From Octopus sinensis (Eukaryota), in assembly GCF_006345805.1 (NCBI RefSeq), contig NC_043010.1, positions 8,122,001 through 8,186,000 on the forward strand: a DNA stretch of 64,000 bases. The letters run 5' to 3'. The first letter of the stretch is position 1. Every line of letters begins with the position of its first letter. A program made the position numbers and the translations under genes. The notes beneath the pieces are model-generated. The model had not been told where the DNA came from and ran no database searches. It worked only from the letters and a program-made list of their open reading frames with translations. Below are positions 25,867 through 40,066 of the stretch, piece by piece.

Positions 25867-26610
25867 AACTTCTAAATATTTTTTAAGACATGTGCAAATC
25901 AAGAATGATTTGGTATGTATTTCAGGCAGATCAACCTACAATAAAGATATTCTCTCACTGATCTGATGGTTTAGATACTGAACACAAGAAATGATGACAG
26001 AATATTCTGTTTTAGGCGTAACTGAACCAAGTTACCATTACCATATTGTAAGTTTTATATCAAATTATTTCAAAAATTTTATCTATTATGTACAACAGAA
26101 GCAGTATTAAGTTAGCCATCTGTGTATCATACTTAATGCAAATACATCATGGAAAGTCAAATTGACTGCAGTATTTTTCCAGAGATAATATCTGTTTTGT
26201 ATGTTCTGTGTTAAATTGCACAAAAATATATCAAAAGCAGATGAAAATTGTCTAGAAGTGCAGGTGAAGATGCTAGATGCACATTTCTTCCTCTTTGAGC
26301 TTCGTCAGCAGCAAACACAGACTAAGGTCTTATAACTATGACTAATATGTTTCTTTATTAGCCACACAGGGCTGAACACAGAGGGGAGAAATTACTAAGT
26401 AGAGCTTTTCTTTTTGGAGAAAAAAAAAAAGGGTAGGTTTTCAATCAAAAGGGATCGTAAGAAAAAAAAAAGAAAAAACGATCAATAGGGATCAAGTGTC
26501 ACAGAAATGTAATGATGTAAAGTGTAAAGGCAGAAACAGATAAGGTTTATCCGTGGAAAGAAGAGCCTACGGAAAAGACCATGGTAACCTTGGTCAATAA
26601 TGTCACATGT

Positions 26611-26885
26611 TAATACTTTTATTTGCAAGTAAGTAACTCTCTGTTTTATATTTTTCCTGGTTCATAGGATTATGCTCAAGGTGGCTTCGTCATTCATACA
26701 TGCTATCCTTGCTACATTCACCCATCTTTTTTTGAAACATTTGCTAGACAAAACTAATGTTTCTAAAAAAGATGGGTGACTGTAGCAATGATGGCATGTA
26801 AGAATGACGAAGCCACCTTGAGCATAATCCTATGAACCAGGAAAAATTAAAAAACAGAGTTACTTACTCGCAAATAAATATATTA
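26611..26885. mobile_element. Foldback/palindromic MITE-like element (~130-bp arms, ~14-nt loop)
   Basis: Left arm ...TTCCTGGTTCATAGGATTATGCTCAAGGTGGCTTCGTCATTC... is the reverse complement of the right arm with few mismatches. Termini are compatible with a TA TSD. Confidence 0.8.
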
Positions 26886-28814
26886 TATCTTAAGCTCTTA
26901 AGACGGCTTTGACTGCAACACAGAACTGCTAATAAATTAAACAATTTTTCTGCATGCAAAAATAGTTTCTAACAAAGTATTTAAGGACACAATTTATGAG
27001 GTGTATGAAATATCTTAAAACACACTTGGCAATTGATAAGTTTAATATCATTTCTTGATTAATTGCACCAATTAATGTACAAATTTATGTAGAAAACATT
27101 TTTTAATTAATCTATAAATTCACCACTATATACATTTTATTCTTTGGGTCTGTATGTTTTTGTTTGTTTGACATCTGTTTTCTCCATGCAAGCATGGGTT
27201 AGATGGGAACATATTTGAGGCAGAATCTTGCAGTCAAATATTGATTTTGTCACCAACTTTTACTTGATTTTTCAAGAAAAAGGTTTTTTTTTATTATTAC
27301 ATTCCTCTGAATTTCAAAGGCACCTGATTGTAATATTGGTTTCAAACTTTTGCACAAGGCCAGCAAGTTTTGGGGGCGGGGCTAAGTCAATTAACTTGAC
27401 TCCAGTGTTCAAGTGGCACTTATTTTATCAACCCTGAGAGGATGAAAGGCAAAGTTGGCTTCAGTGGAATTTGAACACAGAATGTGAAGATGGATGAAAT
27501 GCCACTAAGTATATTGTCTGGTACACTTACAATTCTGCCAGCTTGCCACCTTACAGCTGGTTATAATATCAGTGGGGAATGTAAACGTCATGGCACTGTT
27601 TTGCTCAGACAAGCTAAGCCATGGCATGGCTCGATTGGCTTAGCTTGTCAATAGTCATACACACACACAAACACACACACACACACAAACACCCACAAAT
27701 ATACTGGTTTCTATATGGTTTTTGTCTACCAAATTCCCTCAAAAACATTGGCGACTCAAGGTACTGCAATAGAAGATGCTTTGTTCAAGGTACCACACAG
27801 TGGGGCTGACCCTAAATATTACGGGAAGCTTTATGAAAATAAACAAAAGACGAAGGCCGGTGGAATACAAACAAACAATTGTATAAGTATGGCACTCAGG
27901 AATATAAATAAAACAAGTCTTTTACGTTTCGAGCCTACGCTCTTCAACAGAAAAATACACAGAAAAGAAACACGGAGAGAAACAAGGAGAGAAAAAAAAT
28001 GCGTGCAGAAGCTAGCGAATCAACATGGCGATGACCCTAAATATATATGGTCATAAAGTGAACCTCTTAACTGCACAACCATAAACTAATATATAATGCT
28101 AGTAAAAACTGCAATTTAGTAGTTTAAAGAATTGTTTTAACTGTTTAAAATTATGGAATTCAACACGAACCGGTTAAGCACAACTGGCTAAATTTGTCTA
28201 AAAGAAAATGCTTTATATAAGGTTTTATAAATAGTATTGAAAGTATCATTAATCATTTTTAGAAAAATTGGCTCATTGATTGAACATCTGTTCTGTAATC
28301 CCAGAGTGGACCAAGTAAGTCTCAATGTCTTCCCCTAATCAATTCATCTTCTATAAATGAGTGTAACCAGCCTATGGCAGACTACCAACTGACTATCAAG
28401 GAGATTGTTTTGTTGTTGTTGTGTTGTTGTTGTTGTTTTCTTCAAATTATCCATCATTGGCTGCTACTGCTGCTGCTGCTGCTGATACGTAGGAAAGGAA
28501 AGATTTATTACACGATAAAATGAAAACAATTTACAGTTACTATTATTTTGTTCACAAGGAAACTGTGGTGGATAGAGACAACAGAAAAAGAAATTTCCAA
28601 AGTGATAAGATATATAAAATAAAAAAAAAAAAAATTACAAGAAAGAATGCTATACAAAATAAAAAAAAAAAAAATTATACACAGAGTTTTGAAAAAGATG
28701 ACTACCAGAAATTAGAAGGATAAAACCTCTTGAGGAAGATTATTAATGCCTTAATGAAGTTCAATTTATACTTATAACAAAGCCAAAATAAGTATTCCTT
28801 GAGCAAAGAGAAAG

Positions 28815-28826
28815 CGGGGAGAGAGT

Positions 28827-28910
<84 letters not shown>

Positions 28911-28917
28911 GGAGAGA

Positions 28918-28948
<31 letters not shown>

Positions 28949-29019
28949 TGAGAGAGAGAGGGGAGGGAGAGAGAGAGAGGGGGGAGAGAGAGAGAGAGAG
29001 AGAGGGACAGAGGGACAGA

Positions 29020-29053
<34 letters not shown>

Positions 29054-29070
29054 CAGACAGACAGACAGAA
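28815..29070. repeat. (AG)n/(AGAC)n microsatellite
   Basis: Directly visible. Confidence 0.95.
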
Positions 29071-29295
29071 CATATGATCATAAGCAGCAAAAAGAACTAT
29101 GGCAGGTTTAATGAGTTAAATAATTATGAGAGACAACTAATTTTAAGTGTCTGATATGGCACAAAAAAGAAAATAACATATATATATAGAAAAATAGATA
29201 TCAGGAATAACTCAAATGTAAGCCAACAAAGTGAAAGCGAAACAAGAAAGAAATCAACAAAGATGTGAATGACCAGTGAAGCATTTCATGGATAT

Positions 29296-29701
29296 CTCTC
29301 TTTACTCTTTTACTTGTTTCAGTCATTTGACTGCGGCCATGCTGGAGCACCGCCTTTAGTCGAGTAAATCGACCCCGGGACTTATTCTTTTTGTAAGCCC
29401 AGTACTTATTCTATCGGTCTCTTTTTGCCGAACCGCTAAGTGACGGGGACGCAAACACACCAGCATCGGTTGTCAAGCAATGCTAGGGGGACAAACACAG
29501 ACACACAAACACACATATACATATATATACATATATACGACAGGCTTCTTTCAGTTTCCGTCTCCCAAATCCACTCACAAGGCATTGGTCAGCCCGGGGC
29601 TATAGCAGAAGACACTTGCCCAAGATGCCACGCAGTGGGACTGAACCCGGAACCATGTGGCTGGTTAGCAAGCCACTTACCACACAGCCACTCCTGCGCC
29701 T
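29296..29701 (-). mobile_element. tRNA-derived SINE family A, full length
   Basis: Reverse complement of the family A consensus. Confidence 0.9.
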
Positions 29702-30628
29702 ATATTCTGCTTATTTTTTTCTATATATTTCTTCCTTTTCATTTTCTCTTATTTCATTAATATCTACAGAGAGAGAAGTCTAGTCCGTCCCAAGATGACT
29801 GAATTCTCTGATCAAGTTCGAGTTACTGATCTCTAATTTCAATTTGTGTAAATCCTAAATATGGGAATACAAAAAGAAAATGAGCAATCAACCACAGGTT
29901 ATTCTAGAAGATATCAGTCAAATGAAAGAAGCAATGGAACAACATGCAGAAACATACTAAAATGTAAAGTGACATTGAATGTTGAGAAATATATTATCAT
30001 TTAACGTCCATTTTTCCATGCTGACATGGGTCAGACAGAATTTGTTGAGGCAGATTTTCTATGGCGGACACAGAGGCCTTTCTTATAATCAACCTTCAAA
30101 TGTCTCTAGACTTGGTCATTTTTCTCGATAGCTAGACATGTTTTCCGTGGAAGATTGGAAATGTACTTCATTACTTCTATGATGGTCATTCTCATCATCT
30201 ACAGCCAGCACATGATCTCAAGACAATGATACATACAAGCACACACACACACACCATATATATATAGTTGTATATGTATGCATGTATGTATGGATGGGTG
30301 GATGGATGGATAGATGGATGGGTGTATGTATGCATGTATGGATAGTTGAATGGATGGATGTATACAAATACATATATAAGGCACAGGCATGGCTGTGTAG
30401 GGGGTGTAACTCAGTAAATCATCTTTGCCAATAAATAAATGAAGGACAATTAAATGAGTCAGACAAATTATCGGTGTTGATATAAATGACTAAAATTTCT
30501 AAAAGGTATTGCTCCACTATGGCCAGAGTCCAGGGATCGAAACAAGTAAAAGAATGATAATCCATATACTATTATCATTGGTCCTTGTTTGAAACTAAAT
30601 AAATTGTATATGGTGACTTATACACGAT

Positions 30629-31045
30629 AGGCGCAGGAGTGGCTGTGTGGTAAGTAGCTTGCTAACCATCCACATGGTTGCGGGTTCAGTCCCACTGTGT
30701 GGCATCTTGGGGAAGTGTCTTCTGCTATAGCCCCAGGCCGACCAATGCCTTGTGAGTGGATTTGGTAGACGGAAACTGAAAGAAGCCTGTCGTATATATG
30801 TATATATATATCTGTGTGTGTGTGTATGTTTGTGTGTCTGTGTTTGTCCCCCTAGCATTGTTTGACAACCGATGCTGGTGTGTTTGCGTCCCCGTCACTT
30901 TGCGGTTCGGCAAAAGTACCGATAGAATAAGTACTGGGCTTCCAAAGAATAAGTCCCGGGGTCGATTTACTCGACTAAAGGTGGTGCTCCAGCATGGCCG
31001 CAGTCAAATGACTGAAACAAGTAAAAGAGTAAAAGAGTAAAAGAG
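30629..31045 (+). mobile_element. tRNA-derived SINE family A, full length
   Basis: Family A head and (GTAAAAGA)3 tail. Confidence 0.9.
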
Positions 31046-31239
31046 ATTGAAACTACCATGCATTTGTTGTGTTTTGGTTTTCAAATGCTAACAATATGTG
31101 TAGATAAATTCTCATAGCAAGCAAGCAAGCCAGTGCTTTTCACACTGCAAAACGCGACATACAAAGTCTAAATTTTTCCTTTCCTTCAGGGCTAGAAAAA
31201 TACTAGCATGCTCCTTAATACAGATAATACAATGTGTGT

Positions 31240-31253
31240 ACGTGTGTGTATGA

Positions 31254-31286
<33 letters not shown>

Positions 31287-31310
31287 TGTATGTATGTATG
31301 TATGTATGTA

Positions 31311-31346
<36 letters not shown>

Positions 31347-31725
31347 CACATACATAAGAAGAAGAAGAAGAAGAAGAAGAAGAGAAGAAGAAGAAGAAGA
31401 AGAAGAAGAAGAAGAAGAAGAAGAGAAATGAATAGATAGATTGCTAGATATTAAGGTAGATAGATAGATACATACATGCATACATACATACATACATACA
31501 TACATACATACATACATGCATACATACATACATACATACATACATACATACATACATACATACATACATACATACATGCATACATGCATGCATGCATACA
31601 TACATACATACATACATACATACATACATACATACATACATACATACATACATACATACATACATACATACATACATACATACATACATAAATACATACA
31701 TACATACATACATACATACATGCAC
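31240..31725. repeat. (TATG)n, (AAG)n and (CATA)n microsatellites
   Basis: Directly visible. Confidence 0.95.
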
Positions 31726-32073
31726 ATATATACATGGAGAGAATGAGAGAATGAGAGTAGAGGTAAAGAGGAACAAGCAAAGGGAAGGACACAGTGGAAA
31801 ATTTGATGATCTCCTCCAACCATAAGAAAAATATAGGAGAAAATAAAATACAGATCAAGTAATAAGGAACTGACATGTAGAAAAGAATGCGGATAAATAA
31901 ACTAAGATGTCAGGCTCGTAAAAATGTCAAATATTAGATGCAAAAGAGAAGATTAAATTTATAATGGAATGACCAGTGAATAGGAGTTTGGTAAAAATCT
32001 TTCTCCCAGAAACTAGTGTGTGTGTGTGCATGCTTATGCATGAGTGTGTGTGTATGTATAAATAAATAAATAA

Positions 32074-32110
<37 letters not shown>

Positions 32111-32273
32111 AAAAGGGCTTAGTAAAATAAATTACTTTGCCGCATACTGAACTCATTAGAAATAGCAGCTAAAAAACTTTTTTAAGGCTATTTCTAATAC
32201 TTAAAGAAAATCTCTCTCCTATATAGTGTTTGCATAATTTAACTCACAAAAGTTTGGGGGTAATGACAGAAAT

Positions 32274-32307
<34 letters not shown>

Positions 32308-32599
32308 TACATAAGTAAGTGAACAGGCAAAAGAAAGTAGTACTCAATACATTCGGTAGAGTTTACATATATTTTTAATAACAGTTTGACTCAGCTCTGC
32401 ATGACTTCCAGCTTCATGGCCATGTAGGTCACATCCGTTTCGTCAGATACTAGGGAACACCGTGGAAGTTTTGAGAGGAATCCAAGATGCACTTGTCCAA
32501 TGTCCCCACTAAACTTTAATAATTCATGAGGAACAGAGTCAAACAGTCATTTCATACCATGAGATTCCTTTTGACAGTCCACTGGCTTTATATAGCTAT

Positions 32600-33165
32600 G
32601 GTATGACCTCACAGCCCAGGATATTAATCGTCTGAAAGCCATTCAGTGACGTGCAACCAAGAGAATACCTTCCATCAGGCTTTTGCCATATTCTGAACGC
32701 CTGGACATGGACACATTGAAACTCCGACGTCTGGCAGCTGACTTGGCAGACACCCATAAAATTATTAATCTTCTTACAAACAGTAACTCTGAGCACCTTT
32801 TCAAACTCCACCTGTCTAACACCCGTGGACATATTTACAAAGTCAGAAAACAGCACAGCTCCCATGACTTTCAGAAACATTTTTTCACGCTAAGAGTTTC
32901 TGAAGCATGGAACAAACTGTCAGCATCAGTTGTTAGTTGTCGGAGCACTGCATCCTTCAAAACTTCCATGCTTCCTGAGATTTGCCAACAGTACACCTTG
33001 ATTTTCCCCCTCCATACACACGCAAGCATGTATCTGACTCATACACAGTTCACTTTCCAGACATTTGTACATTACTGCATATGCTTTATGCGCACTTTTT
33101 GACAGGTTGTGGTGCACCTGAGCATTGTATACAATAATTTCATTATTATTATCATTATTATTATT
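32600..33165 (+). mobile_element. 5'-truncated CR1/L2-group LINE 3' end
   Basis: DINRL-AIQ-RATKRIP...PYSERL...TLKLRRLAADL...NTRGHIYKVRKQ...KHFFTLRVSEAWNKL is typical of the CR1/L2 ORF2 C-terminus; (ATT)n tail. Confidence 0.88.
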
Positions 33166-33336
33166 TAAATAAAGATTTAAATACCTATGGCAAGTGAATT
33201 AGTCACTCCACTTTGACAAAGCAACTGACTCTGTTGCGTACATAAGCAGATTGGTTGCTTGCTTCTCTGGGATTAGTTAAGTATTGTAGACACTTTGGAT
33301 AAGAACCCCAAAAGCATTTTTTTAAAAATCAACTAA

Positions 33337-33556
33337 TTCTTTACAATTCAGATTACTCTTTGAAATGTAATTCTTATTTCTTCACACTGTTTTTTATTAA
33401 TCATACCTCACCTCATACTTTTGAGATTTAAAAGATGTCACTCATTATTTTTAGAATCACATTGTATGGTAGGTGTGAGAGACAAGATCTGGCCAGTTTG
33501 GACATAAAATAAATAGAATATTTGGGCTGCATATGGCTGGATTAAAAGCTGAAGGG
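33337..33556. mobile_element. Decayed piggyBac-type MITE
   Basis: Right end GAAGGG|TTAA; left end degenerate (CTAA TTCTTTA). Confidence 0.5.
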
Positions 33557-34619
33557 TTAAGGCTGTTGTTCATCATTTTCAATCTAATGAGAAATAGCTA
33601 AATTTGCCTGTTTATATATATACTGCATAGGTCTTACACACACATACACATACAATATACATATACACACATATATAAAACACTTCATGAAAAAGCACAA
33701 AATTTTAAAATATTTACTGCAGTAAAATCAACATCTTCATTATCATTATAGTTATTTTTGAGTATTAAGTTTATGTCCCTACTCAATAAGGACAAAAATT
33801 ATTTTGAGTTTAGAGTCTTTTGCATGTGTTTGTGTGGTGGGAAATGATATTAGTCAGAAGAGGTTATTCCCTATATTGGTGGTCTAGATGAGATTCTTGA
33901 ACTTAGAACATACAAAACCGGGACAGATATCTCTAGGCAACCAACGCAATGTTCTAACAATTCCACCAAGCTAACACCCTGGAAAGGTACTCATTTATAG
34001 GCCTTGAAAGACTGAAAGATAACGTTGACTTCAATGGGTTTTGAACTGAAGTAGCAGATAACCACATCAAATGTCCACTAAGCATGTCTTGATGCTGAAC
34101 AGATGAGTGGTCAACACACTGTCAATGGTCAGTATCATCCAGTTCACTATGCTAACTACTACTATCATCTTTAGTCCTGGCATGTGCAGATGAGACATTT
34201 GGCTTTCAAAAGACCAACATGACTTATTGGTCTGGACAAATCATCCTACATGGTGCAGGAGTAGAGTTGGGCTTATAATATTTAGAATACCGAAAACTGT
34301 GGCCTCATATAAATGAAGACATTATGAAAACGATTCTAAAGAATAATTAATAATATAAGAGAAAAGAATGAGCCAAATATTATGAGAAGTTACTTATTTT
34401 ATTGAACTGTAGCCACACTAGGGTACCATCTTCAAGAATTTAGTCGAACAAAATGACCATACTGAGTTTACCAAATCCTTTGCCTAACTGCTAAGTTCTA
34501 GGGGACACAAACAAACCAACACTGGTCATCAATTGGTGGACAGAGGAGTAACACAAACACACACATAAATACATATATATATATGTGTGTGCGTGTGTGT
34601 ATATATATATATAAAACAT

Positions 34620-34905
34620 TCGAGCGAGGTCTTTGCCAGTGCCACTGGACTGACTCCTGTGCAGGTGGCACATAAAAAACACCATTTTGAGCGTGGCCTG
34701 TACTGCCAGACTGGCCCTCGTGCCGGTGGTATGTAAAAGCACCCACTACACTCTCAGAGTGGTTGGTGTTCGGAAGGGCATCCACCTGTAGAAACTTTTC
34801 CAGATCAGACTGGAGCCTGGTGCAGCCATCTGGTTCACAAGTCCTCAGTCAAATCATCTAACCCATGCTAGCATGGAAAGCGGATGTTAAATGATGATGA
34901 TGATG
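34620..34905 (+). mobile_element. RTE-type 3' tail element (family C variant)
   Basis: GGCACATAAAAAACACC units, CCACTACACTC...GGAAAGCGGATGTTAAA, (TGA)n tail. Confidence 0.8.
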
Positions 34906-35609
34906 TGTATATATATATATATAATATATACACATATATATAAGTATGTAACATAACTATACACACACACACAACAGGCTTCTACACAGTTTCCATCAAC
35001 CAAATTCATTCACAAGGTAATTTACTGTACTCTTCTGTAGCTATAGTAGAAGGCCCTCGTCCAAAGTACCATACACAGGGACTGACTTGAACCAGAAGGT
35101 AGCAAAAAACCCTCTTAACTACACAGTCTGCCTTTCTTGTAACATGTTTATTTCATTTTATGAAACTAACAAAATCAAAAGAAAATTCATTTTTCCAGCT
35201 AAATAAGAACAAGTAAATATTTATTTAAAAATCCTAACAACCACCACACTAAAACAAAATTTCTTGTAGAACACAGAAAATGCAACTTCCACTCCATGGC
35301 TAATATCTTAATTATTTGAACAAATAAGGGAGATAAATCCAGACATGTTTTGTTTATGTTAGAACTCTTTAGTGAAGCACAGAATTTATTATACTTGGTA
35401 ACAAACACCAAAATTAAATCACAGAGGTTAATTACTCAGTGCACCCATCTGCATAAGAAACAATAGTTAAGTATTGATCAACAATGTATATTCTTTTAAA
35501 AATTTAGGCCAACGAAGAAGGAAAAGGGAATGGATAGGAGATGGTGTGTGATGAGGATGATTATAAGACAAACTAAAATTCTGAAATGGAAAATGAAAAC
35601 AAAATTTTT

Positions 35610-35736
35610 ATTTTATGTATGTGTGTGTGTGTGTGTGTGTGTGTTTGTATGTATATATATATATATGTAGGGAGAGAGAGGAAGAGAGACAGATACAGAG
35701 AAAGAAGCAGAGACAGACAGACAGACAGCTAGATAT

Positions 35737-35782
<46 letters not shown>

Positions 35783-35874
35783 GAATAGATAGGTAGGTAG
35801 GTAGGTAGGTAGGTAGGTAGGTAGGTAGGTAGATAGGTAGGTAGGTAGGTAGGTAAGTAGGTAGATAAATAGAT

Positions 35875-35911
<37 letters not shown>

Positions 35912-35951
35912 CAGATAGACTGATAGATAGATAGATAGGTAGGTAGGTAGG

Positions 35952-35998
<47 letters not shown>

Positions 35999-36005
35999 GT
36001 AGATT
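35610..36005. repeat. (TG)n, (AG)n, (AGAT)n and (AGGT)n microsatellites
   Basis: Directly visible. Confidence 0.95.
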
Positions 36006-36954
36006 ACTAGCTTACATACAAAAGTTTATTTGTAATGTTTCATCTTAATCTAAATATAAAGGTATTGTTGAAAAATTTACTTGATAGTAATCAGAAAAGT
36101 AAAGAAGTTGTAAAGAAAATGTAGTTAGAAAGAAAATATTCAGTATAAGGAGAGAGAAGAGAGAGAGAGAAGAGGAGAGTGAAAGTGAGAGAGATTAAGG
36201 AGTGATGTAAAGGAATAAGAAAGAGAAGCAAAGGGTAAGATGTGTGCGGGCGGAGTAGTTTACTTTGTTGTAGGCAAAGATTTTCACTAGCTTAATGAGA
36301 TAATTTGTAACAAAGAATTCTTCCAAAATTTGATCAACGCCAAGCTTTCGAAATATATTCACATTACTGCTAAGAATTAGGATATATATTGCTTAACTGA
36401 AATACAGACAAGGGAAATATTATGCATCTAAAAAGAAGGAAGTAAAACATGAAATATACTCAAAAGTTAAAACCAAATAAAACAAGATAAATTGATTAAC
36501 CAAAGGGAGGGAAAATAACAAAACTAAACAAAGAAAAAAATTAAAGGGCTGACTGGAAACCAGATTAAAGCAAAAGCATGGTATATAATGGAGATAGAAT
36601 AGCTACAAAATGCAATTGTGGAAACAAAGGATAAATGAGTTAAAATAAAAAGCGGTATAATTTTTGAGCCTCGATTTTTGAAGGTTAGGGTACTTGAGTA
36701 AGATTGATTCTTAGTTCATAACAGGAACGTAATTGAGCAACTTCAGAAGAATGAGAGGCAAAGGTAACTTAAGTATGATTTGAAATCAGAATGCAGAGGA
36801 TTGTAACTAAGCATCACAAGGCAATTTTGTGTGAATTTTGTTACGAAGAGGAACTCTGAAATCTGTTTGAGATTTTTGATGAAAAAATATTTACACTTAT
36901 TGTAAACAAAATGGTTTTACTATGAACAACTAAACACTGAATGTTTGAAGATTA

Positions 36955-37559
36955 TTTATTTCTCTGTTGCCCACAAGGGGCTAAACATAGAGGGGACAAA
37001 CAAGGACAGATAAAGGGATTAAGTCAATTAGATCAGTCGATTAGTGCATAACTGGTACTTATTTAATCGATCCTGAAAGGATGAAAGGCAAAGTCGACCT
37101 CGGCAGAATTTGAACTCAGAACGTAGCGGCAGACGAAATACCTATTTCTTTACTACCCACAAGAGGCTAAACACAGAGAGGACACACAAGGACAGACAAA
37201 TGGATCAAGTCAATTATATCGACCCCAGTGCGTAACTGGTACTTATTTAATCGACCCCGAAAGGATGAAAGACAAAGTTGACCTTGGCGGAATTTGAACT
37301 CAGCACGTAGTGGCAGGTGAAATACCTATTTCTTTACTACCCACAAGGGGCTAAACACAGAGAGGGCACACAAGGACAGACAAATGGATCAAGTTGATTA
37401 TATCAACCCCAGTGCGTAACTGGTGCTTATTTAATCAACCCCGAAAGGATGAAAGACAAAGTTGACCTCAGCGGAATTTGAACTCAGAACGTAACGGCAG
37501 ATGAAATACCGCTACGCATTTCACCCGGCGTGCTAACGTCTCTGCCAGCTCGCCGCCTT
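36955..37559 (-). mobile_element. tRNA-derived SINE family B, tandem trimer
   Basis: Three ~184-bp units (starts ~36955, 37143, 37327) and one head ending GCTCGCCGCCTT. Confidence 0.88.
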
Positions 37560-37624
37560 CTTTTGTTTTTTTGTGTGTCATCCTTGCGCAGACTGATGTC
37601 ATTATAGAAATAGTCAGAATGCTA

Positions 37625-38010
37625 GTGGAGGCGCAATGGCCCAGTGGTTAGGGCAGCGGACTCACGGTCATAGGATCGCGGTTTCGATTCCCAGACCGGG
37701 CGATGTGAGTGTTTATTGAGCGAAAACACCTAAAAGCTCCACGAGGCTCTGGCAGGGGATGGTGGTGATCCCTGCTGTACTCTTTCACCACAGCTTTCTC
37801 TCACTCTTACTTCCTGTTTCTGTTGTACCTGTATTTCAAAGGGCCGGCCTTGTCACTCTCTGTGTCACGCTGAATATCCCCGAGAACTACGTTAAGTGTG
37901 CACGTGTCTGTGGAGTGCTCAGCCACTTACACGTTAATTTCACGAGCAGGCTGTTTCGGTGATTCGGATCAACCGGAACCCTCGTCGTCGTAACCGACGG
38001 AGAGCTTCCT
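37625..38010 (+). mobile_element. tRNA-derived SINE family D, full length
   Basis: A box TGGCCCAGTGGTTAGG, B box GGTTTCGATTCCC, tail GTCGTAACCGACGGAG. Confidence 0.88.
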
Positions 38011-38213
38011 CCTCCTTTAGTCAGAATGCTAACTGGACCTTGTGCTGCTGTTACCATTTATCCATTGTGGCTAGCTGCTGGTTGTACTACTGCCTTCTGA
38101 TGTCTCTTGCTTGCTGTCTGGTCATTGCTCTCCTGTTGCTTCACTGCTTGGGTCAGTTACTGCCCACCATTTTTGTCAGTGGGGTCAGTTGCACTGAACA
38201 TATATGGTTTGTA

Positions 38214-38345
<132 letters not shown>

Positions 38346-38953
38346 ATATATGTATGTATATAGGAGGTGAGCTGGCAGAATCGTTAGCATGCTGGGCGAA
38401 ATGCGTAGCCGTATTTCGTCTGCCGTTACGTTCTGGGTTCAAATTCCACCGAGGTCGACTTTGCCATTCATCCTTTCGGACAGAGACACACTAAAGATAA
38501 AACTGTTGTTGGTGCCGATTCCATGCAAAGTCTTGATTGGTAAAATTTCTTTATGATGCACGCTATATTCTAATGAATAATGACCTCGGATGCAGTGATC
38601 TGATTGCAAAATTTTCCTGCTGCAAGTTCTATGCCAACAGGATCGACAAAAATATAATGCAACTTAACCAATTAGTGGTGAGAGGAGGAGACAGAGATAC
38701 AGCAGGTGAGAAAAATCAAATACATCTTAAAGTAAGAAGTGCCTAGAGAAAAATATAACATTTCTTTGTTTGTTTTTGACTGTAGGGGAAAATGATAACT
38801 ACAAAGTATGTGTGTGCATTTATGAAATGAGACCTCACAGCAAAATATACATACATACATGCATTCATACATATATATATATATATGCATAAATATATGT
38901 ACAAAAATACATACATACATACATATATATATACATACACACACACACACAAC

Positions 38954-38998
<45 letters not shown>

Positions 38999-39664
38999 GT
39001 GCATATACATGTAAGCATATATATTGTCTTCACACATGTATACACACACACATATCCACATGCATGCACATGTGCGCGCATACACACACACACAGGTAGA
39101 CAGACAGACAGACAGACAGACAGATAGATAGATAGATAGATTGAGAAAGAGAGGTGAGAAGAGACAGTGGAGACTAAGTATAGCCAAATGGTTAAAAAGT
39201 TCATTTCACAACCACAAGATTCCAGCTTGAATACCACTGCATGTTATCTTAGACAAATGCAATTTTTTTTGCAGCTTCAAGAGTTGACTCATACCTTGTG
39301 AGTGAAATTGGATAGATAGAAACTGTACTGAAACCTGTCGTGTGGTACTTATAATTAAAAAAATACAGCCATGTCACACACTTCATCATGATGATTCTGT
39401 TTCAGAATTATCTTAAGAGCATGTGTGTCTGAAGAATGGTCAACCACTTACACATTGATCCAGGAGCAGGTAATTCAGTTGGTGACAGTATAGGTATCTG
39501 GTCATAAAAAAAAAACAAATTCTATCCACTCCATGCAAGTATGAAAAAGTGGACGTTAAAACAATGGTGATGATGATGATGCGTGTATGCGTGTGTGTGT
39601 GCCTACAGCCATTTGAGTCTGAAAGAGGTTACCCTGCAGCTGTGCATGTGTGTGTATATATGTG

Positions 39665-39699
<35 letters not shown>

Positions 39700-39721
39700 G
39701 TCACATATTTATATACATGTA

Positions 39722-39957
39722 TATATTTCTTTACTACCCACAAGGGGTTAAACACAGAGGGGACAAACAAGGACAGACAAAGCGATTAAGTCGATTGCAT
39801 CAGCCCCAGTGCATAACTGGTACTTAATTTATCGACCCCGAAAGGATGAATGGCAAAGTCGACCTTGGCGGAATTTGAACCCAGAACGTAACGGCAGACG
39901 AAATACGGCTACACATTTCGCCCGGCGTGCTACCGTTTCTGCCAGCTCGCCGCCTTC
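39722..39957 (-). mobile_element. tRNA-derived SINE family B, monomer
   Basis: One body unit plus head. Confidence 0.88.
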
Positions 39958-40008
39958 ATATTTATATACATATATAGACACACATATATACATACATACA
40001 TGCATGCA

Positions 40009-40066
<58 letters not shown>

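Noticed and set aside
28450-28470. TCATTGGCTGC, the same 11-mer as the CCAAT box at 16405-16415 but inverted
   Set aside because: No Inr, donor or further similarity nearby; a single NF-Y-like match is expected by chance.
33186-33270. Possible 82-nt minus-strand exon (CCCAG|...TAG|GTATTT)
   Set aside because: Mediocre splice sites, no phase-compatible partner, and it lies between two TE remnants.
36955-37559. Regular direct repeats resembling a CRISPR array
   Set aside because: 184-bp SINE units without unique spacers, in eukaryotic DNA with no cas genes.
37625-37700. tRNA-like A/B boxes here and at 8744, 43415 and 62031
   Set aside because: SINE heads that run into repeat bodies; no complete cloverleaf, so not called tRNA genes.
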